This document shows positions 61,301-64,000 of a stretch of DNA of 64,000 nucleotides, piece after piece. The notes beneath the pieces are model-generated. The model did no database searches, was not told where the DNA came from, and saw nothing but the letters and a program-made list of their open reading frames with translations. The translations under genes and the position numbers were made by a program. Numbering within the stretch: the stretch's first letter is position 1; every line of letters starts with the position of its first letter. The DNA is from Glycera tridactyla (Eukaryota), in contig OZ286461.1 in NCBI GenBank assembly GCA_965644265.1, positions 95,542,001 through 95,606,000 on the forward strand. The letters are read 5' to 3'.

Positions 61301-63750
61301 CTTCCATCTCCAGCTGAAACAGAGAGGAAATTGTTGAGTGATTGAGTGGGGCTTCGACATTTCTTCAACCAAGCCAAAATTATTTGAGGCTGAACTCATG
61401 GTCGGCTCTAAAATATTTGGCATATACATATAATTGACTGAAATGGAAGTAGGAAGTTTTTTGGGTACTTTTTTTTTCTCAATTTTTCTGCATGGGAACA
61501 ACTATTGGCTCACTCCTGCCAGGCAAGAGCAGCAGGGAGTTCAGGTCAATGTACAAAGAAAGGTTTCATAAAATCCCGCCCACGTAGCCTTCATGTCAAG
61601 TGTATCAAATATTATCAGGAATTGCATTTCACAAAACGGTAATGATCATAAGCAAACATTAAGGTGAAATAACAGAGTAGAATGAGGTCTCAATATCAAC
61701 AGAAATAGGTAGAAAAGATTCCTTTCAATCGAGATTATCATGAGCAACTTGAACTATTGGAAGGATACAGACAAATGTCTATGGGTAGACCTTCTGTGTG
61801 TATTGATTCCACCGAAACAAACACTAATGTTTGCCTAATTTGAATCGTCATGGAAAAAAACTGACATTTTCCATATTTGACACATTGCAAATTCACACTC
61901 TTCAAACATGAAAAGCACTTTCATTCCAATTGTACCAAATATGAAACTGGCAACTATATGCTGGATATGTTATCAATGCCTCGATTGTTGCCATCTACCG
62001 CAGTTACACTATGTTTATGTTTTTTGGGGATCGACGATTCTAAAAAAGTAGGACACTCACAGTGTATTCAAGTGTTGTTCCTGGATACAGCATCTTCTTG
62101 ACTGTGACTGTACCAGTATCAGGATCGACGTTGAAGAATTCCATTGCTATAGTGTCCCCAATGGCTCGATATATGACACGATCCTACAAACAATATCACA
62201 CCATGCATTCAATCAACTTGGCAGAGACCACCTCACCAGCCAGTAAAACCTCACATGGTCACCATGGTGGGCCAGGAGGCCTATTGCTAAAACATAGATG
62301 CATCAGACATCTTGCTGCTGAACTCAATTTTCCTCGCACCATTTTGAGTCACATGATGAAGCTCCAAAATTTCAGGAAACAAATATCACCTTTCAAAAAT
62401 CATCTCATTTGGAAATCTTTGAATTCAAATTCTTCAACTTTTCTTTGAAATAAATTTGGCGAAAGTGTGTAAATTCACAATTACTTTCACCATGACAGTT
62501 GAACTTCCTAGAGGAATGTCTCTATGCAAAGCCCACCAGTCTATAATAGCCATCCATGTGGCAAAAGCAATAGTAGATGCATTTTTGCTGTGACTGTCAC
62601 CTTCACAAAGGTCTTCCTGTATATCCAACACACACCATGATGAGGGGTGTTACCGGAAATCCAACCAATGCCTCTCCACCAATCAAATATTCACCAACGT
62701 CCATCTTATGATGCCTGAACTTGTTTTCTCTAAATAGATAGATTTGTAACATTCTTAAATCACTCTCACATTCAATGAATATAAGCAGTCATCCTGATAT
62801 GATGTGAAGATTATTAATTCTGTCAGAGTTCTTTCAGAGGATTTGAGATGAAATTTGGGACTGTAGCTCAAACTCACCCCATCTGCGTCAGTGGCTCGTG
62901 GTTCGTCGGTGACAATATGACCGAGTGGTACGGTCTCCTTGATGGTGACACGCAGGGGTCCTTCATTGGCCCAGACTGGTCTGTTCTCATTCCTCTGCAT
63001 CTGGACCTCCACGGTAGCTGTGGCTGTCTGCTCAGGATAGATGTCATCGTAGGCAAGTACCCTTATCTGGATGAAATAAAGTACATTGTGAGGAACATTG
63101 ACCAGAAGGATGAAGAGGTTAGAGAGTGTCACTTGATGGTGCATGAGTCAAACACCATAGATTCAATCACTATCACGCTTACTCTTGCTATATTTCAATG
63201 GGGCATTTATTTGTCATACATAGACCGAATATCCATTGGAAAATCAAGAAAAAGAATGGATGTTTAAATCACATAAGATGAGTTTCAGATATTTTTGCAA
63301 AGTAGAATCTTAAGGCTGGATATTGAATGTAAACAGAGTAGTAGTTCTGTAGACATCTGACAGAAACTGACTCCACCATTTAAGAAATTACGGCACAATC
63401 ATTCCATCAGAATCGAAAATCAGAAGTTTATAGCAATCATGATATTTCAAGATGTCAGACCATTGGCAGTATATTTATTTTTAAAAATGTAGATAATGAT
63501 TAAATTTCTGAAAAGAATCTTTCAATTTGAGGTATAATGAAAATGAATTTGAAATATGTTCCTACAGCATGCTAGTAGAAGTTAGCAGCTAACAAGCCAC
63601 TTGCTGATGATGTTTGCTGGTACTTACCATGTAGGAGAAGGCATGGTCGGTCTTCAGATCATTCTGGACGGTGATGAGACCACTCATGTCATCAACATGG
63701 AAGAAGTACGGAGATGGGAAGTCCCCGATCAGCTGATACTTGATGGTACC
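1231..63750 (-). CDS. Giant atypical cadherin-repeat protein, internal part only (57 exons, 3086 aa, ~29.5 repeats); both ends outside window
   Basis: 57 GT-AG exons, all phase 0, give one open frame. Recurrent cadherin-fold motifs: PxF...Y.v.i.E, A.DxD, Y.i.G..F.i...G.i, Y.l.v.A.D.g.P. No signal peptide, TM, EGF/LamG or cytoplasmic domain visible, so orthology is not assigned. Confidence 0.95.
1550..1631. mobile_element. Partial CAGT-TIR MITE
   Basis: Ends caggtctaactg+TA; internal aggtcacctgcctat as in full copies. Confidence 0.5.
2018..2200. mobile_element. Partial CAGT-TIR-type MITE
   Basis: TA+cagcagaacct start, repeated gagacc subterminal motifs; other TIR not seen. Confidence 0.5.
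2471..2668 (-). CDS. cadherin exon e56 (type B)
   Basis: 198 nt, cag|...|gtatg; MRVTATDMGIPP...LRNNEPP...ATDSDFTTQPN. Confidence 0.92.
3101..3261. other. Assembly gap (161 N) in intron e55-e56
   Basis: Run of N ending 7 nt from the e55 donor. Confidence 1.
3269..3424 (-). CDS. cadherin exon e55 (type A, long)
   Basis: 156 nt, cag|...|gtgag; SGSGVITYKMEGVLPTMDATSYFVISPTNG...KTYK. Confidence 0.9.
3901..4089 (-). CDS. cadherin exon e54 (type B)
   Basis: 189 nt, cag|...|gtatg; LTIEAADNGNPQQ...IRNAYGP...ASDQDPST. Confidence 0.93.
5155..5257 (+). mobile_element. Tc2/pogo-type TIR end fragment
   Basis: TA+ctgtatatactcgcctataagcc...gtataagctgacccc resembles the CCGTATATACTCG..TATAAG terminus of Tc2/pogo non-autonomous elements (from memory); no partner TIR seen. 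Confidence 0.5.
5538..5745. mobile_element. CAGT-TIR MITE with internal 16-bp tandem repeat, nested in an older repeat
   Basis: TA|cagtccaaccc...caggtttgactg|TA; about 5 copies of ctaagcagccactata. Confidence 0.8.
6238..6306. repeat. (TC)n microsatellite
   Basis: Direct reading. Confidence 0.97.
6320..6568. mobile_element. Partial CAGT-TIR MITE interrupted by a ggccc-rich ~150-bp insert (6391-6545)
   Basis: Ends taggttttactg+TA; insert has imperfect inverted ends agctt.agatt / aatctcaagct. Confidence 0.45.
6737..6859 (-). CDS. cadherin exon e53 (type A)
   Basis: 123 nt, cag|...|gtgag; DSVYYQVVGTVTAVYYFAVDISSGRVTIAHELTQGTETQYE. Confidence 0.92.
7030..7124 (+). mobile_element. SINE-like 3' fragment with (AACC)n-type tail; copies at 30210-30256 (+), 57514-57600 (-), 58256-58316 (-)
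   Basis: Core caatata.cccagatggtgct is shared by three copies and more degenerate in the fourth, each followed by an aacc-rich tail; SINE identity is inferred. Confidence 0.65.
8002..8160. mobile_element. CAGT-TIR MITE, opposite orientation to the 26747 and 38713 copies
   Basis: TA|cagttgagcct...caggttggact; internal cctgagct..cagtgaatgacctctc is the reverse complement of gagaggtcatttactg..agctcagg. Confidence 0.7.
8310..8492 (-). CDS. cadherin exon e52 (type B)
   Basis: 183 nt, tag|...|gtgag; ISVIVQDKGYPP...RRNLNAP...ASDGDG; not in ORF track. Confidence 0.92.
8657..8806 (-). CDS. cadherin exon e51 (type A, long)
   Basis: 150 nt, cag|...|gtaag; GVSGTLQYSISPSDSVPADVGMWFFIMPTTG...TEYI. Confidence 0.92.
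9334..9516 (-). CDS. cadherin exon e50 (type B)
   Basis: 183 nt, tag|...|gtaaa; IRVVAYDSCNPIQ...VRNENQP...ATDADQ; not in ORF track. Confidence 0.92.
9798..9859. repeat. (GT)n microsatellite
   Basis: Direct reading. Confidence 0.97.
10073..10195 (-). CDS. cadherin exon e49 (type A)
   Basis: 123 nt, cag|...|gtgag; CDIKYDITGDGLSTTLFEVDENNGRITLAQLFTVDIGTLYV. Confidence 0.92.
11082..11270 (-). CDS. cadherin exon e48 (type B)
   Basis: 189 nt, tag|...|gtgag; LVIQASDQGIPPK...TTDQNYP...QATFAGETD. Confidence 0.91.
12885..12955. repeat. (CA)n microsatellite
   Basis: Direct reading. Confidence 0.98.
13130..13432. repeat. Compound (CTGT)n/(CT)n microsatellite
   Basis: Direct reading; source of several spurious ORFs. 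Confidence 0.95.
17445..17620. repeat. Degenerate ~32-bp tandem repeat (5-6 units)
   Basis: Recurrent ttc/tttcaat....caatgtagaaaaa unit. Confidence 0.65.
18818..18949 (-). CDS. cadherin exon e47 (type A, long)
   Basis: 132 nt, tag|...|gtgag; GLNSLVNYTLIGEDLALNLFSIDPWTG...SQTYG; acceptor chosen because it keeps frame. Confidence 0.87.
19575..19763 (-). CDS. cadherin exon e46 (type B)
   Basis: 189 nt, tag|...|gtatg; LRILARDQGTPQQ...QRNTYAP...AEDQDPP. Confidence 0.93.
20189..20326 (-). CDS. cadherin exon e45 (type A, long)
   Basis: 138 nt, cag|...|gtgag; GPKSQITYDIAGDASAPNYFFIHPSNG...TQQYQ. Confidence 0.93.
20745..20930 (-). CDS. cadherin exon e44 (type B)
   Basis: 186 nt, cag|...|gtgag; LLVVVWDTGNPEM...RRNEYVP...ATDNDLP. 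Confidence 0.93.
21568..21690 (-). CDS. cadherin exon e43 (type A)
   Basis: 123 nt, cag|...|gtaag; GSLMYEIRGVAPGSNYFYIDGDTGYLYVKQPLDTTTDTTYT. Confidence 0.92.
22212..22400 (-). CDS. cadherin exon e42 (type B)
   Basis: 189 nt, tag|...|gtttg; FGVVATDNHGNNSR...SRDQQPP...ATDPDMQ. Confidence 0.91.
23078..23200 (-). CDS. cadherin exon e41 (type A)
   Basis: 123 nt, cag|...|gtgag; DIVRYDFIEVNEITEFFYLNPDDGIVALRRSLEDSSLPMYT. Confidence 0.93.
23329..23498. mobile_element. ~170-bp imperfect palindrome centred on GGCC-GTA-GGCC
   Basis: Left arm tgata..atcaagaattccccgagtgcc..gagcgtacatg pairs with right arm catgtacgctc..ggcacgaggggattctgat..tatca. Confidence 0.8.
24383..24565 (-). CDS. cadherin exon e40 (type B)
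   Basis: 183 nt, cag|...|gtaag; VRVQAYDSLFPNN...IRNPNAP...EAEDDDG. Confidence 0.93.
24935..25063 (-). CDS. cadherin exon e39 (type A)
   Basis: 129 nt, cag|...|gtgag; GVMMYSIVGMYPAESFFYVNSTTG...DSLASTQYT. Confidence 0.93.
25199..25384 (-). CDS. cadherin exon e38 (type B)
   Basis: 186 nt, aag|...|gtaag; ILVKASDSLEED...ARDENPP...ATDVDLS. Confidence 0.9.
25746..25901. mobile_element. CAGT-TIR MITE
   Basis: TA|cagtaacacctg...caggttttactg|TA; internal direct repeat ggccagattttt..cttttcactg. Confidence 0.75.
26085..26207 (-). CDS. cadherin exon e37 (type A)
   Basis: 123 nt, cag|...|gtaag; DTIYYEIIGGETAMTYFYINPTTGALSLKRTVQDDTNTQYS. Confidence 0.92.
26747..26923. mobile_element. CAGT-TIR MITE (Tc1/mariner-pogo type), near-identical to 38713-38889
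   Basis: TA|cagtcaaacctg...ccggttcgactg|TA; repeated ggtggtc..tatag subterminal motifs. Confidence 0.88.
27079..27261 (-). CDS. cadherin exon e36 (type B)
   Basis: 183 nt, cag|...|gtatg; INLQAYDSATPGV...ARNANRP...ATDADE. Confidence 0.93.
27810..28077. repeat. (GAGT)n microsatellite tract ending 17 nt from the e35 donor
   Basis: Direct reading. Confidence 0.95.
28095..28223 (-). CDS. cadherin exon e35 (type A)
   Basis: 129 nt, tag|...|gtatg; GQLTYKIVGQYPAPDFF...RDLQLDSLQLGAYT. Confidence 0.92.
28445..28633 (-). CDS. cadherin exon e34 (type B)
   Basis: 189 nt, tag|...|gtaag; CTVQAGDDGYPEER...QRDIQLP...EATLPVVV. Confidence 0.91.
29379..29501 (-). CDS. cadherin exon e33 (type A)
   Basis: 123 nt, cag|...|gtggg; DELQYELIEDEACQEYFYMNPQSGGISLKKLLSDTSITFFQ. 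Confidence 0.92.
30257..30439 (-). CDS. cadherin exon e32 (type B)
   Basis: 183 nt, tag|...|gtttg (weak donor); LRIGLYDSSSPEQ...NRNEFSP...ATDQDQ. Confidence 0.9.
30598..30720 (-). CDS. cadherin exon e31 (type A)
   Basis: 123 nt, cag|...|gtgag; GTLTFEVEGIAPAPEYFAIHPTEGTVWVIKNLKDDRTLTYT. Confidence 0.92.
31137..31322 (-). CDS. cadherin exon e30 (type B)
   Basis: 186 nt, cag|...|gtaag; MSVKAYDHGNPVK...QRNEFPP...ASDQDLQ. Confidence 0.93.
31827..31955 (-). CDS. cadherin exon e29 (type A)
   Basis: 129 nt, tag|...|gtatg; DQMRYELFDAADSGSLEFFFIDEDVGSIMLKRSLTEGAGTAYQ. Confidence 0.92.
32534..32716 (-). CDS. cadherin exon e28 (type B)
   Basis: 183 nt, cag|...|gtgag; LQVEVYDTAYPNN...NRNAYAP...AADNDG. 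Confidence 0.93.
33088..33216 (-). CDS. cadherin exon e27 (type A)
   Basis: 129 nt, cag|...|gtaag; GSLIFKLTGIYPAETFFRIDNRTG...DSLQSLTYT. Confidence 0.93.
33382..33545. mobile_element. ~164-bp imperfect palindrome centred on GGCC-TAC-GGCC
   Basis: Left arm gttata..agca.gactatatg..ataccaaac..tgaatttc..gtcac pairs with the right arm ending catatagtcgtgctataac. Confidence 0.85.
33846..34031 (-). CDS. cadherin exon e26 (type B)
   Basis: 186 nt, cag|...|gtaag; VQVRVSDQSEPEQ...QRDQYLP...AVDSDQT. Confidence 0.93.
34806..34928 (-). CDS. cadherin exon e25 (type A)
   Basis: 123 nt, cag|...|gtagg; DQLRYQIIGDDIAKQFFYMNPLSGVITLKQLLTTDSQTQYT. Confidence 0.92.
35480..35662 (-). CDS. cadherin exon e24 (type B)
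   Basis: 183 nt, cag|...|gtgag; LRIVAYDSSNPNQ...LRNENAP...ASDADG. Confidence 0.93.
36058..36180 (-). CDS. cadherin exon e23 (type A)
   Basis: 123 nt, cag|...|gtaag; GTMTYGVIGDMPAPTLFGINEATGRLYVNSDLKADNEFTYT. Confidence 0.93.
36847..37038 (-). CDS. cadherin exon e22 (type B)
   Basis: 192 nt, cag|...|gtatg; LLVQASDNREPER...TRDESAP...AYDQDIQ. Confidence 0.93.
37201..37420. repeat. (ATC/ATT)n low-complexity tract
   Basis: Direct reading. Confidence 0.85.
37445..37567 (-). CDS. cadherin exon e21 (type A)
   Basis: 123 nt, tag|...|gttgg; DQVNYRLLGPDDAMTFFYINPLNGQLSVTSPLTQSTEAEYQ. Confidence 0.9.
38203..38505 (-). CDS. cadherin exon e20 (fused A+B)
   Basis: 303 nt, tag|...|gtaag; GVLTYEVVGD...ETFYV-LRVQVYDSANP...QRNVNGP...AIDLDG. 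Confidence 0.93.
38713..38889. mobile_element. CAGT-TIR MITE
   Basis: TA|cagtcaaacct...caggttcgactg|TA; extra TIR end caggttcgactgta at ~38930-38943. Confidence 0.88.
39229..39431. repeat. 18-bp minisatellite, 11 full copies (aattgctgacatgtgtct)
   Basis: Units start every 18 nt from 39229; only single-base variants. Confidence 0.97.
39659..39847 (-). CDS. cadherin exon e19 (type B)
   Basis: 189 nt, cag|...|gtaag; FTVRARDQSDPEK...VRDQYPP...ASDQDLK. Confidence 0.93.
40484..40618 (-). CDS. cadherin exon e18 (type A)
   Basis: 135 nt, cag|...|gtgag; NDTLLYEIVAEETGDSSMYYFWLNPTTG...ESRFM. Confidence 0.9.
41041..41223 (-). CDS. cadherin exon e17 (type B)
   Basis: 183 nt, cag|...|gtgag; LRVAAYDSANPAQ...SRNEYGP...ATDRDV. 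Confidence 0.93.
41840..41968 (-). CDS. cadherin exon e16 (type A)
   Basis: 129 nt, cag|...|gtgag; GEIQYEAIGLYPAQNFFAVERNSGIVRINGTIKNDPLRLPSYT. Confidence 0.92.
42558..42740 (-). CDS. cadherin exon e15 (type B)
   Basis: 183 nt, cag|...|gtaag; LTIMASDGRGR...TLDEQPP...AIDPDLR. Confidence 0.93.
43324..43449 (-). CDS. cadherin exon e14 (type A)
   Basis: 126 nt, cag|...|gtcag; DEIRYSMVNATNQGNLFFLLEEVTGNVRLIKPLTSGTSQEYL. Confidence 0.92.
44169..44357 (-). CDS. cadherin exon e13 (type B)
   Basis: 189 nt, cag|...|gtgag; LTLIAYDSAYPEV...ARNIHGP...ATDSDAQ. Confidence 0.93.
44581..44665. repeat. (GT)n degenerate microsatellite
   Basis: Direct reading. Confidence 0.9.
44762..44896 (-). CDS. cadherin exon e12 (type A)
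   Basis: 135 nt, cag|...|gtcag; GEIVYSIIGVYPSQSFF...RDLTLDSLQLGSYE. Confidence 0.92.
47535..47895. repeat. Degenerate 70-100-bp tandem repeat containing CCAAT boxes
   Basis: aatgagaactgcttt.tcattggctgatattcagt recurs; ATTGG at ~47559, 47629, 47808, 47882. Confidence 0.75.
50437..50625 (-). CDS. cadherin exon e11 (type B)
   Basis: 189 nt, tag|...|gtaag; LTVEASDQALPNER...PRDSTPP...AVDDSRV. Confidence 0.93.
51716..51838 (-). CDS. cadherin exon e10 (type A)
   Basis: 123 nt, tag|...|gtaag; DTIKYSLLGDDVALEFFYINPTTGQISLKKLLTEGSDPTYT. Confidence 0.92.
52415..52541. mobile_element. CAGT-TIR-type MITE
   Basis: TA|tagtgaaacctg...caggtttcactg|TA. Confidence 0.75.
54200..54420 (+). pseudogene. Possible highly decayed LINE reverse-transcriptase fragment
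   Basis: Across stops and frameshifts: NFLYR...LG.FL/INGDL...KYHDD...QLQENIDVLNR..F..VRC, loosely like FL..R / LF..YINDL / FADD / LQ.D.D.L..W / F...KC. Confidence 0.3.
55761..55897. mobile_element. CAGT-TIR MITE, internally deleted
   Basis: cagtcaaacctgtc...gagcaggttcgact; same family as 26747 and 38713. Confidence 0.8.
56134..57166. repeat. Two diverged ~210-bp direct repeats (56134-56342, 56951-57166), each with a hairpin, flanking an AG-rich tract (56361-56520)
   Basis: gagaat.ttatatcaca...tgtgatataaa..tctc inverted ends in both; shared flank agataccatgatca.cgtg...agccttcaaga.taaacagt. Confidence 0.75.
57819..58001 (-). CDS. cadherin exon e9 (type B)
   Basis: 183 nt, cag|...|gtaag; LRVTAVDDAEPGR...QRNANAP...ATDGDG. 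Confidence 0.93.
58201..58244. mobile_element. 44-bp minimal CAGT-TIR element
   Basis: TA|cagtgaaacctgt-18 nt-acaggtttcactg|TA; perfect 13-bp TIR. Confidence 0.85.
58499..58648 (-). CDS. cadherin exon e8 (extended type A)
   Basis: 150 nt, cag|...|gtaag; VSAEDEDLS-GRVVYGTSGLVPAPTYFGLDSSTG...RTVYT. Confidence 0.92.
59017..59175 (-). CDS. cadherin exon e7 (shortened type B)
   Basis: 159 nt, cag|...|gtagg; LNVDACDDNIPQKCDTAV...IRENFPP...SSIYQ; ends 9 codons early. Confidence 0.92.
59635..59757 (-). CDS. cadherin exon e6 (type A)
   Basis: 123 nt, cag|...|gtaag; DAVMYELIGSVSALQVFYVNPDNGLVSLKKPLSETVDDTFT. Confidence 0.92.
60371..60553 (-). CDS. cadherin exon e5 (type B)
   Basis: 183 nt, cag|...|gtaag; IRIIAYDTAYLDQ...IRNQWAP...ATDEDE. 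Confidence 0.93.
60650..60805. mobile_element. Degenerate CAGT-TIR MITE
   Basis: aaccctgtctacaagacc..ggtcacat..aaagtggtcttt..ggcaggtg matches the 26747 copy. Confidence 0.6.
60996..61313 (-). CDS. cadherin exon e4 (fused B+A)
   Basis: 318 nt, cag|...|gtgag; LEMEASDEGTPER...HDPDLM-EELKFEITGDYPSPSFF...SFYT. Confidence 0.93.
62061..62183 (-). CDS. cadherin exon e3 (type A, D-class)
   Basis: 123 nt, tag|...|gtgag; DRVIYRAIGDTIAMEFFNVDPDTGTVTVKKMLYPGTTLEYT; not in ORF track. Confidence 0.92.
62878..63066 (-). CDS. cadherin exon e2 (type B, AYD-class)
   Basis: 189 nt, cag|...|gtgag; IRVLAYDDIYPEQ...QRNENRP...ATDADG. Confidence 0.93.
63628..63750 (-). CDS. cadherin exon e1 (type A, G-class)
   Basis: 123 nt, cag|...|gtaag; GTIKYQLIGDFPSPYFFHVDDMSGLITVQNDLKTDHAFSYM. 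Confidence 0.93.
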
Positions 63751-64000
63751 CTGAAGAATGAACACACCGAAAATGTCGACATAAATGAGGTGAGTCAAAA
63801 TGACAAGGTTCACTACCCTCAGAAATCCATCGTCACCACATTCTTTCCGGTCCAACTCTCTAAACACTATCTGGGATTCAAAGTGATGAAGCCAGTTGAC
63901 TAGTGATTCATCTTACAATTCACAAAACTGAAAGCATGTCGATATGCAATCAATTGCAGCTCTGTCCATACCATATGCAATCAGATCCACTTAAAATGAG

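Noticed and set aside
1231-63750. Naming the gene Fat, Dachsous, CDH23 or Celsr
   Set aside because: Canonical DxNDN and LDRE motifs are absent, the exon structure differs, and no diagnostic EGF/LamG/TM/cytoplasmic region is in the window; orthology cannot be established from this sequence.
1231-63750. Dscam-like mutually exclusive exon clusters
   Set aside because: Exons alternate A/B strictly and join into one contiguous frame; there are no runs of same-type alternatives.

Overview
This is eukaryotic (metazoan, probably invertebrate) genomic DNA with AT-rich, CpG-poor introns and one 161-N gap. The whole window lies inside one minus-strand gene for a giant, non-canonical cadherin-repeat protein; neither end of the gene is in view. 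I traced 57 GT-AG exons from 63750 down to 1231. All are phase 0/0, and they join into one uninterrupted 9258-nt / 3086-aa frame with about 29.5 repeat units (28 complete EC-like domains). Two exon types alternate: type A (mostly 123-135 nt, up to 156; strands C-D-E) and type B (183-198 nt; strands F-G, linker, strands A-B of the next domain). The array is hierarchical. Two domain types alternate, and on top of that a 12-domain block appears to be duplicated (e1-e22, 1250 aa; e23-e46, 1247 aa), judged by eye. The 5' copy shows two precise intron losses and one relocated intron. None of the 29 linkers has the canonical DxNDNxP calcium motif; 27 have Arg at position 2 (mostly xR[N/D]xxxP), and LDRE is absent. 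Introns hold about a dozen TA-flanked CAGT-TIR MITEs, two ~165-bp palindromic elements, SINE-like tails, a candidate minimal hammerhead ribozyme, and micro/minisatellites. Exon numbers e1-e57 follow transcript order within the window. All alignments were done by eye.
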